Translations under genes and position numbers: made by a program
Assembly (NCBI GenBank): GCA_019237115.1
Contig: JAFAHS010000399.1
Location: 52,018 to 84,017 of the forward strand
Source: Deltaproteobacteria bacterium
GTDB taxonomy: Bacteria; Desulfobacterota; Binatia; Binatales; Binataceae
Direction of reading: 5' to 3'
Length of the DNA: 32,000 nt
The notes under the pieces: generated by a model
The model's input: only the letters and a program-made list of their open reading frames with translations
The model's database searches: none
Told to the model about the DNA's origin: nothing
In this document: positions 7,524 to 15,486 of the stretch, in pieces
How the letters are laid out: every line of letters starts with the position of its first letter
How positions within the stretch are numbered: the first letter of the stretch is position 1

Positions 7524-10265
7524 CTAGTGGTTCAGCTGGGCGGCCGGCTGCCCCAGCTCTTGTCCCAGCGCCTGCATCTCGGCGCCGAACGCGGCCCAGT
7601 TCCCCGCCTTCAAAGCATCCATGGCACGATTGTAGTGCTGCGAAGCAGATTGGAGATCGCGACCCGCCGGCACTCCCGGCACCGCACCGGGCGCCGCGGT
7701 CTTCGCGAGCACCGGCGCCGCAGGCGCGGGCCCGGCGATAAACAGCGCCTGCAGGGTAGCGTCGAGCGTCTCGCCCATTACCACGCGATCGCTGTAAGAC
7801 GCGATCACTCGCTGCAATTCGGGAAGTTGTCCGTTCTCGGCGCGAATGTAGAGCGGCTCGACATACAGCAGCGAGTCCTGGATCGGAATGACAATCAGGT
7901 TTCCGAACACCACCTTGGAACCCATCTGGTTCCACAGCGACAACTGCCGTGAGATTTCCGGATTCTGGTTGATGCGCGCCTGGATCTGATATGGCCCGTA
8001 AAACAATCGATCCTTGGAAAATGAGTATTCGAACAGATGGCCGTAGTCGGCCCCGTCGCAGCGCGCTGCCAGCCACGAGATCATATTGTCACGCCCCTGC
8101 GGCACCATCGGCAGCATCAGGATGTATTCGGCGGTGGTTTCTCTCGGCAGCCGCATGATTACGTAGTAGGGCTGCATCGCGATGATCTGGTCGCCGTAGT
8201 TCTCGCGCGGAAACCCCCACAGATCCTCGCGGTTGTAGAACACCTGGGGGTCGGTCATGTGGTAGGTGCGATAGATGTCCGCCTGGATCAGAAACAGATC
8301 TTCCGGATAGCGGATGTGCAGGCGCAGGTCGCCGGGCATCTGCGACATGGGCTTGAACAGGGTTGGGAAAATCCGCTCCCAGGTCTGAATCACCGGATCC
8401 TCGGGGTCGGCCACGTAAAATTCGGTGGCGCCGGTGTATGCGTCGACCACCACCTTCACCGAGTTACGGATGTAGTTGATCTGATCGGCGTTGCGCTGGG
8501 AGTAAGGATAATGATCGCTGGTCGTGTAGGTGTCGACGATCCAGGCGATGCGCCCGTCGTGAATGACTGGGTACGGATCCCGGTCGAGCACCAGGAACGG
8601 CGCGATATACGAGATGCGCTGGGTGAGGTTGCGCCGGAACATGATCCTGCTCTTCGGCACGATGTTTTCCGTCACCAGCAGGTTGATGTCCTTGTAGAAG
8701 ATGCTGAACAGCAGGCGTCTTAGGATTCCCGATACCCCCACCCCGCCCTCGCCCTGGTAGAAGCTGAAGACATTTTCCGCGCCCTTCGGAAAGTTGAATT
8801 CCGGGGTCGCCGCGTTGACGATCGCGTAGTTGTCCGGTTCTTCGCCGAAATATATCCCCGGCTGATCGATCTTGAAGCCAACGCTGGAGACCGGCGGGAT
8901 GTCCTTGATGTAAAAGATCGGCAGTCCTTCGGAGTCTTTGTCGTTCACCGGGCCCATCGCGAGCCCCACCCCATGGGTGAATTTTAGGTGCTGATTGACC
9001 CAGGTTTGCGCGCTCTCGGGGAGCTGGTCGATGTTCATCTCGCGCGCCGAGAGCATGACCTCCGTGTAGTTGCCGTTTATCGTGTAGCGATCGATATCGA
9101 CGTCCTTGAAGTCGTAGTACAGGCGGATTTCCTGCAGTTGCCGATAGGTCGCAATCAGCGGTCGCGGATCCCACAGACGAATATTCTTGATGGTGGGCGC
9201 GTCCTGCTCGACACTCGCCATGGTGAGGGTTCCCAGCCCCCCAAACTGCTTCACGTCCACTCCGCCGAGCTTGTAGGCGCGACGCGTCATCGCGATGTTG
9301 CGCTCGATGTAGGGGCGCTCGATACGCAGTTCGTCAGGCTTGACCCACAATCGCTCGATGACCGGCTGCGCAAAATTCAGCAGGAGTGAAGGTCCGAACG
9401 AGATGATCGCCGCGACCACCAGTCGGGCCAGTCCGCGCTCGGTCAAGTTGGCAAAACAAACCACCGCGGCGAGCAGCGAGAACACGACCAGCAGCCACAG
9501 TCCGGGCTGCCACAAAATTGCGTCCACGTAGCGGAGGCCGAAAACCACCCCATTGGTGTGCAGCAGGAGATTGAAGCGCGCCAGCCAGAACCCGAAAGCG
9601 CGCTGGACGAAGAACAGTCCCAGCAGGATCGAGGCGTGCGCGGCTACCGCGGGCGCTATTCGGGGCGGGGTCTCCCTGAAATCAAGCGCTCCGCGCGCCC
9701 AGTAGACAGCCGCTGCGACCGCCCCGGCCAGGAAAATGACCAGCAGGAATGCGTCCCGCAACTCTTCAAGCAGCGGCAGCGCGAAGACGTAGAATCCGAC
9801 GTCGTGGCCAAACGCGCTTTCCTTCACGCCGAAAGGAACGTGATAGAGCGCCTTCAGATAGACGTCCCAGCTTACGGCTTCGCCCTGCGCCACGAAGATC
9901 GCGAGTACCGCGGAGGCCACGACGACGATCACCCGCCACGGCACCCGGTCGCCCAGCGTGCGGATAAGCTCCGGCAGATTTACCTCGGCGCCCTCGCCGG
10001 GTCGCCGAACTACCCGCAGGCGCTCGCGATCCCGGCTTAAGCCGACGGCCGCCAGTCCGCTGGCCACCATCGCGGCGAACGCGAACAGCCAGACCGCCGC
10101 AAAGATAGCGACTTCCGCCTTGACGGTCGTGGCAAAGACGCTTCCATAGCCGAGTGAGCGAAACCACAGCAGATCGACAAAGAACTGGTCGGTAATCGAG
10201 AGGAGGATGCCGCCCACCAGGACGACGACCGCCACGAGGCCCAGCACGATTGTCCGTGGTCGCAT
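7524..10265 (-). CDS. UPF0182 family membrane protein
   Basis: 913-aa ORF: multi-TM N-terminus, long soluble region with 'YGFPRENYGDQI...YYVIMRLPRETTAEYILMLPMVPQGRDNMISWLAARCDG...NQNPEISRQLSLWNQMGSKVVFGNLIVIPIQDSLLYVEPLYIRAENGQLPELQRVI', characteristic of UPF0182. Confidence 0.93.
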   Translation of the reverse strand: MRPRTIVLGLVAVVVLVGGILLSITDQFFVDLLWFRSLGYGSVFATTVKAEVAIFAAVWLFAFAAMVASGLAAVGLSRDRERLRVVRRPGEGAEVNLPELIRTLGDRVPWRVIVVVASAVLAIFVAQGEAVSWDVYLKALYHVPFGVKESAFGHDVGFYVFALPLLEELRDAFLLVIFLAGAVAAAVYWARGALDFRETPPRIAPAVAAHASILLGLFFVQRAFGFWLARFNLLLHTNGVVFGLRYVDAILWQPGLWLLVVFSLLAAVVCFANLTERGLARLVVAAIISFGPSLLLNFAQPVIERLWVKPDELRIERPYIERNIAMTRRAYKLGGVDVKQFGGLGTLTMASVEQDAPTIKNIRLWDPRPLIATYRQLQEIRLYYDFKDVDIDRYTINGNYTEVMLSAREMNIDQLPESAQTWVNQHLKFTHGVGLAMGPVNDKDSEGLPIFYIKDIPPVSSVGFKIDQPGIYFGEEPDNYAIVNAATPEFNFPKGAENVFSFYQGEGGVGVSGILRRLLFSIFYKDINLLVTENIVPKSRIMFRRNLTQRISYIAPFLVLDRDPYPVIHDGRIAWIVDTYTTSDHYPYSQRNADQINYIRNSVKVVVDAYTGATEFYVADPEDPVIQTWERIFPTLFKPMSQMPGDLRLHIRYPEDLFLIQADIYRTYHMTDPQVFYNREDLWGFPRENYGDQIIAMQPYYVIMRLPRETTAEYILMLPMVPQGRDNMISWLAARCDGADYGHLFEYSFSKDRLFYGPYQIQARINQNPEISRQLSLWNQMGSKVVFGNLIVIPIQDSLLYVEPLYIRAENGQLPELQRVIASYSDRVVMGETLDATLQALFIAGPAPAAPVLAKTAAPGAVPGVPAGRDLQSASQHYNRAMDALKAGNWAAFGAEMQALGQELGQPAAQLNH

Positions 10266-10274
10266 CAGGGTGAG

Positions 10275-10589
10275 CTACTGTCCGCGTGCGATCCTGCTCA
10301 CATGTTCGCGCACGACCTCGGGCGGACTGAGCCAGACCAGGATCTTGAACGCGACCACTCCGACCACGAGCCAGCCGATTTCGCCCAGGATGGGAACCAG
10401 GTCCAGCTCAATCGCCGGCGGCGACACCATGAGGAGTAACGCGAGCACCGGCACCAGCTTTGCCAGCAGCGGGACCCGCGGATCCTTCATCAGCCGCCAG
10501 AAGACCCGCACGAACTGCGGAAGGTACCCGACCAGCCTGCTCAGTTGAAGCGGCGGCAGAAAGTGCATGCGCAGGAATTGCCAGAACAT
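10275..10589 (-). CDS. Small membrane protein, DUF1232-like
   Basis: 'RVFWRLMKDPRVPLLAKLVPVLALLLMVSPPAIELDLVPILGEIGWLVVGVVAFKILVWLSPPEVVREHV', resembling YkvA/DUF1232; 9 bp upstream of the UPF0182 gene in its reading direction. Confidence 0.65.
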   Translation of the reverse strand: MFWQFLRMHFLPPLQLSRLVGYLPQFVRVFWRLMKDPRVPLLAKLVPVLALLLMVSPPAIELDLVPILGEIGWLVVGVVAFKILVWLSPPEVVREHVSRIARGQ

Positions 10590-10702
10590 CAGAGACTTCC
10601 CGGTAAAGCTAATCTAGCACACGAGCCGCGGGATGTTGCCATGCTTAAGGACGGCGGTTTGTCCTGGCTCGTGATAGGCTCATAGGGGAAGGAGAGCGCG
10701 GA

Positions 10703-12397
10703 TTGAAACGACGCATGGCGCTGGGCGACTTCCTGGTCGCTTACCTTCGTAAAATCGGGGTTGACCATATTTTCGGGATTCCCGGCGACCTCGCGCTCAA
10801 GCTGTTCTTTGCGCTGGGCCGCCAACACGGGATGCGGATCATCACCCTGTCGCACGAGCCGGGGGTCGGGTTTGCCGCCGACGGCTACGCGCGCGCGACC
10901 GGAAAGATCGGGGTGGCCTGCGTGACCTACGGCGCCGGGGGTCACAACATGGTCAACCCGGTGGCCGGCTCGTTCTCCGAACGGGTCCCGATTCTGGTTT
11001 TCTCGGGCGGCCCCGGAGAAGAGGAACGCAAACTCGGGACTCTCATTCACCACCAGGCCCGCGAGATCGAATCGCAGCACCGCATTTTCCAGGAAGTGAC
11101 CTGCGCGTCGCGGGTCCTGACCGATCCGCGGCGCGCCGCGCTCGAGCTGCACGAGGTAGTCAACGCGATCTGGACGGAGCAGCGTCCCGGCTATGTCGAG
11201 ATTCATCGCGACATGGTCGATCAGATCATCGAGGTGCCCGACGAGCTGATCGACTGGGACGGACATTTGCGCTCGCGCGAATCGGACGCGCGCAAGGTCA
11301 GGGAGGCGGCGCGCGAAACCGCGGCGATGTTCGGCGAGAGCCGGCATCCGATTACCATCGCGGGCATCGAGATTCATCGCTACAAGGCGTCCCGTGAACT
11401 TATCGAGCTGGCCGAGAAAATGGGCGCCCCGGTCTGCACCACTGTGCTCGGCAAGGGCGCCTTTCCGATGGACCATCCGCTTTACCTGGGCGTTCACATC
11501 GGGCCGATCAGCCCGCCTCCGATCGTGGCGCGGATGGACGAGGCCGATTTCGTCCTGAACCTCGGCTGCCTCAAGACCGACATGAATTTTGGCAACCGCC
11601 CGCCGCGGGTCATTCAGGGCAAGACCGTCTGGGCGGTCGACCGGCGCGTCGATGTCAAGTACCACACCTATACGGAGGTGGGGGTGCGCGACTTCGTGCG
11701 GGCCCTGCTGAAGGAGAATCTCCCGCACCATCGCGAAGCGGTAAGTTACGCCGACAATTTGCGCGATGTGCCGGCGCGGGACGATCAACAGGTTCGGGTG
11801 GGGCAGATCCTGCTGGCGGTGAACGAGTTTCTCGCCGATCACCGCCATTACATGGTGGTCACCGAATCGGGCGACATGCTGTTTGGCGGACTCGACGTGC
11901 GGGTGCCGCACGACGGGACCTATCTGGCGCAGGGGTTCTACGCCTCCATGGGTTTCGCGGTTCCCGCCGCGCTGGGTGCCCAGCTCGGATCCGGGTTGCG
12001 TCCGCTGATTCTGTGTGGCGACGGCGGCTTTCAGATGACCGGGCCCGAGATTTCGCACGCCGCGAGGCTGGGACTCAATCCGATCGTCCTGCTGATTAAC
12101 AACGGGGGATGGGGAATCTTCCGGCCGGTGGTCGAACGCCGCGAGCTGCTCGAGATCCCGCCCTGGCCCTATGCCAATCTGGCGCGCGACTGGGGCGGCG
12201 CCGGCTTCGAGGCCAACACCCTGTCGCAGCTGCGCCGCACCTTGACCGCGGCTGACAAGACGGAGAGCTTCGTGATCATCGACGTTCGAGTGGACCGCGA
12301 CGATCTCTCCCCGGTTACCGTCAAGTACATCAAAGCCGCCGCCAAACGTTCGCAGGCACCACGCCCGCCCAACGCGACCAAGGGTGCAGGCCAGTGA
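10703..12397 (+). CDS. Thiamine pyrophosphate-dependent enzyme (keto-acid decarboxylase/acetolactate synthase-like)
   Basis: N-terminal PYR domain 'GVDHIFGIPGDLALKLFFALG...LSHEPGVGFAADGYARATGKIGVACVTYGAGG' and C-terminal PP domain 'LCGDGGFQMTGPEISHAARLGLNPIVLLINNGGWGIF' (GDG...NN). TTG start at 10703 preceded by GGAAGGAG. Confidence 0.88.
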   Translation: MKRRMALGDFLVAYLRKIGVDHIFGIPGDLALKLFFALGRQHGMRIITLSHEPGVGFAADGYARATGKIGVACVTYGAGGHNMVNPVAGSFSERVPILVFSGGPGEEERKLGTLIHHQAREIESQHRIFQEVTCASRVLTDPRRAALELHEVVNAIWTEQRPGYVEIHRDMVDQIIEVPDELIDWDGHLRSRESDARKVREAARETAAMFGESRHPITIAGIEIHRYKASRELIELAEKMGAPVCTTVLGKGAFPMDHPLYLGVHIGPISPPPIVARMDEADFVLNLGCLKTDMNFGNRPPRVIQGKTVWAVDRRVDVKYHTYTEVGVRDFVRALLKENLPHHREAVSYADNLRDVPARDDQQVRVGQILLAVNEFLADHRHYMVVTESGDMLFGGLDVRVPHDGTYLAQGFYASMGFAVPAALGAQLGSGLRPLILCGDGGFQMTGPEISHAARLGLNPIVLLINNGGWGIFRPVVERRELLEIPPWPYANLARDWGGAGFEANTLSQLRRTLTAADKTESFVIIDVRVDRDDLSPVTVKYIKAAAKRSQAPRPPNATKGAGQ

Positions 12398-13998
12398 GCG
12401 GAACACGAACGCGTAATTTCGACTGGGCGGTGCCGGAACATTTCAACTTTGGCGCCACCATCGATCACTACGCGGAAGATCCTCACCGGGTTGCCCTGCT
12501 GTGGGAGGACCAGGAGGGCCGGCGCGCCCGGCTGACCTTTGCCGATCTACGCGCCCAGTCCAATCGCATCGCCAACGTGCTGCAAGGGGTCGGCCTTCGG
12601 CGCGGCGATGCGGTCCTGCTGGTCCTGCCGCGGATCTCGCTGTGGCAGGCGGCATATATCGGCGCGCTCAAGGCCGGCGCCCTGGTGATCCCGTGCACCT
12701 CGATGCTGCGTGAAAAAGATCTGGTCTATCGAGCGAACCACTCTGGCGCGCGGGCAATAATCGCCGGCGTGGAAAGTGCGGCGATGGTCGGAGAACTGCG
12801 CAATCAGTGTCCCACCCTCGTTCACTACCTGATCGCCGGCAGCGAGCGCACCGGGTGGCTGGGATTGCCGGGCCTGATGCAGTCCGCGTCGCCGACCTAT
12901 CATGCGGTCAGAACGCGATCCGACGAACCCGCGATTTGCTACTACACTTCCGGCACCACCACGGAACCCAAAGGGGTTCTGCACAGTCACGCCTACACCT
13001 GGAGTCATCAATACACCGGCAGGGACTGGCTCGATGTCAAGCCGGGGGACCTGCACTGGACTACTTCCGATACGGGGTGGGCCAAGGCCGCCTATGGCGT
13101 CTTGTTCGGTCCGTGGATGAACGGCGTGACAACCTTCATGTACAACGGCCGCTTCGAACCAAAAAAAGAGCTCGAGTTGCTGAGCCGTTACCGGATAACG
13201 AGCTTCTGCGCTCCGCCCACCGAGTACCGGATGCTCATCAAGGAGGATTTGAAGCAGCAGCAATTTCCCGCGCTGCGCGCCTGCACCGGCGCCGGTGAGC
13301 CGCTCAACCCCGAGGTCATCGAAGTATGGAAAAAAGAACTGGGGTTGACGATACGCGATGGCTACGGACAGACCGAAACCATCATTCTGGTCGCGAATCT
13401 GCCCGACACGAAGACCAGGCCTGGCTCAATGGGTCTGCCGTTTGCCGGCCAGGAGGTCTGCGTGGTCGACGATGGACTCCACGAAGCCGCGGTGGACCAG
13501 GTCGGTCAGATCGCGGTCCGGGTCAAACCCAACCGTCCGCCTTCGTTGTTCCTCGAGTATTGGAAAAATACCGAAGAAACCGCCGCGGTGTTCCAGGGCG
13601 ACTACTACCTTACCGGCGACCATGCCACGCGGGACAGCGACGGTTACCTGTGGTTCGTGGGGCGCGCCGATGACGTGATCATTTCGGCCGGGTATCGAAT
13701 CGGTCCGTTCGAAGTGGAGAGCGCCCTGCTGGAGCATGCGCTGGTTCTCGAGTCCGCGGTGGTTGCCAGCCCGGATCCCGACCGTGGCGCGATCGTCAAA
13801 GCGTTCGTTCGCCTGAAACCCGGGACGCCGCGAGACGCCGCCCTGGTCCGGGAGTTGCAGGAACACGTAAAGCGCACGACGGCACCATATAAGTACCCGC
13901 GCGAGATCGAGTTCATGGATGAACTACCCAAGACCGTGAGCGGCAAGATTCGCAGGGTCGAGCTTCGCAAACGCGAAGAAGTACGCAAGCGTCACTAG
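12394..13998 (+). CDS. AMP-dependent acyl-CoA synthetase (medium-chain/aromatic acyl-CoA ligase-like)
   Basis: 'YYTSGTTTEPKGVLHSH' P-loop, 'DGYGQTE', 'YYLTGDHATRDSDGYLWFVGRADDVIISAGYRIGPFEVESALLEH', 'YKYPREIEFMDELPKTVSGKIRRVELR'. GTG start overlaps the upstream stop (GTGA). Confidence 0.93.
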   Translation: MSGTRTRNFDWAVPEHFNFGATIDHYAEDPHRVALLWEDQEGRRARLTFADLRAQSNRIANVLQGVGLRRGDAVLLVLPRISLWQAAYIGALKAGALVIPCTSMLREKDLVYRANHSGARAIIAGVESAAMVGELRNQCPTLVHYLIAGSERTGWLGLPGLMQSASPTYHAVRTRSDEPAICYYTSGTTTEPKGVLHSHAYTWSHQYTGRDWLDVKPGDLHWTTSDTGWAKAAYGVLFGPWMNGVTTFMYNGRFEPKKELELLSRYRITSFCAPPTEYRMLIKEDLKQQQFPALRACTGAGEPLNPEVIEVWKKELGLTIRDGYGQTETIILVANLPDTKTRPGSMGLPFAGQEVCVVDDGLHEAAVDQVGQIAVRVKPNRPPSLFLEYWKNTEETAAVFQGDYYLTGDHATRDSDGYLWFVGRADDVIISAGYRIGPFEVESALLEHALVLESAVVASPDPDRGAIVKAFVRLKPGTPRDAALVRELQEHVKRTTAPYKYPREIEFMDELPKTVSGKIRRVELRKREEVRKRH

Positions 13999-14242
13999 AA
14001 TCCACTTTTCGTCACCGGCGACGCACCAACCTTCTTAGATGAGGGCGTTCGCTTGCCGCGCGTGCTCGGCTCATCCAGCGTCAGACGACTCATAACAACC
14101 ATTGGTCAATTCGCCGTTCATATGATGCTCTCTGAATATTCAAGAGACCGTCAAATAACACTATCGCTCGCTTCACCGACAGTCTCTAAATTTGTAACCA
14201 CGCGCTTCCCGCAGGCCCCGGTTCGGTTGATGAGGAAACGGC

Positions 14243-15484
14243 GTGGAAGAAGAGAACCGGCAGAACGAGGATAGCCCCGCACCCGACCCACGACGCCACA
14301 TTTGTGTCGTCAGCGAAACCTATTCTCCGCAAGTCAACGGCGTTGCGCTTACTCTCGGGCATCTCGTCAAGGGATTGCAGGCGCTGGGGCACCGGGTCTC
14401 AATCGTACGTCCCCGACAACACAGGTCCGATGGCTGCGGCCTTGACTTAAGCGTCACGGTGGTCGCCGGCCTGCCGCTGCCCGGATACAAGGGATTGCAA
14501 TTCGGCCTGCCTGCCGGAGCGCTGTTGCAGCAGGCGTGGATGCGCAATCGCCCCGACGTAGTCTACGTTGCCACCGAAGGTCCGCTGGGTTGGTCGGCGG
14601 TTGGAGTCGCGCGCCGCCTCGCGATTCCGGTGTTCAGTGGCTTTCACACCAATTTCCACAGCTATTCTCGCTACTACCGGGTTGGATATCTACACAGCGT
14701 AGTGCTCCGCTACTTGCGCTGGTTTCACAACCGGACCCGGGGAACCCTGGTCCCCAGTTCGGATCTCCGCGACCGTCTGCAAACCCTCGGATTCAAAAAA
14801 GTCTTGTGTCTCGGCCGGGGAGTTGACAGTCAGCTGTTCGATCCTGCGCGACGGTGCGGCATCCTGCGCCGTCAGTGGGGTCTGGGAGCTGACGACCTGG
14901 CGGTCGTCTATGTCGGGCGGATAGCCGGCGAGAAGAACCTGAGCCTCGCCCTGGCGGCGTATGGGGCGATTAAACAAACCGTCAATTCCGCGCGGTTTAT
15001 AGTCGTCGGCGACGGCCCCTTGCGCAGCTCACTGCAGGCTCAACACCCGGACTTCATCTTCACCGGAATGCAGCTGGGCCCCCAGCTCGCCACGCACTAC
15101 GCTTCCGCCGACCTGTTTCTGTTTCCGAGCGAGACCGAGACCTTCGGCAATGTCGTATTGGAAGCGATGGCCAGCGGGCTCGGGGTGATTGCCTACGACT
15201 ATGCCGCCGCAAGAAGTCACATCGCCAATGGAGAGAGCGGAATCCTGGTTCCGCTCGGGGATTCCAAGGCGTTTGTGGCGGCCGCCTTAAAGCTCGCCTC
15301 CCAACCCGAGGAACTCAAGCGAGTCCGCCGCCAAGCCCGCGACTATTCCCGCTCGATCGGATGGCCACGGGTGGTCGAGCGCTTTGCGGCTCTCCTTAAT
15401 GGAAACGATGATCAAGTCCGCGGCCCCCTCCGCTCATTGGTGGGAGGCCAAAAGCTGGCTACGGCAGCACGGGGGAGAATCTAA
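14243..15484 (+). CDS. Family 4 (GT4) glycosyltransferase, SqdX/alpha-mannosyltransferase-like
   Basis: 'ICVVSETYSPQVNGVALTLGHLVKGLQALGHRVSIVRPRQ', 'VYVATEGPLGWSAVGVARRLAIPVFSGFHTNFHSYSRYY', 'VYVGRIAGEKNL', 'DLFLFPSETETFGNVVLEAMASGLGVIAYDYAAARSHI' (E-x7-E motif). GTG start with upstream GAGG. Confidence 0.92.
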   Translation: MEEENRQNEDSPAPDPRRHICVVSETYSPQVNGVALTLGHLVKGLQALGHRVSIVRPRQHRSDGCGLDLSVTVVAGLPLPGYKGLQFGLPAGALLQQAWMRNRPDVVYVATEGPLGWSAVGVARRLAIPVFSGFHTNFHSYSRYYRVGYLHSVVLRYLRWFHNRTRGTLVPSSDLRDRLQTLGFKKVLCLGRGVDSQLFDPARRCGILRRQWGLGADDLAVVYVGRIAGEKNLSLALAAYGAIKQTVNSARFIVVGDGPLRSSLQAQHPDFIFTGMQLGPQLATHYASADLFLFPSETETFGNVVLEAMASGLGVIAYDYAAARSHIANGESGILVPLGDSKAFVAAALKLASQPEELKRVRRQARDYSRSIGWPRVVERFAALLNGNDDQVRGPLRSLVGGQKLATAARGRI

Positions 15485-15486
15485 CG

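Noticed and set aside
10589-12406. 605-aa antisense ORF opposite the TPP-dependent enzyme
   Set aside because: Frame-mirror artefact of high GC. The opposite strand carries clear TPP-enzyme motifs, while the antisense protein is rich in Arg/His/Pro and lacks recognisable domains.
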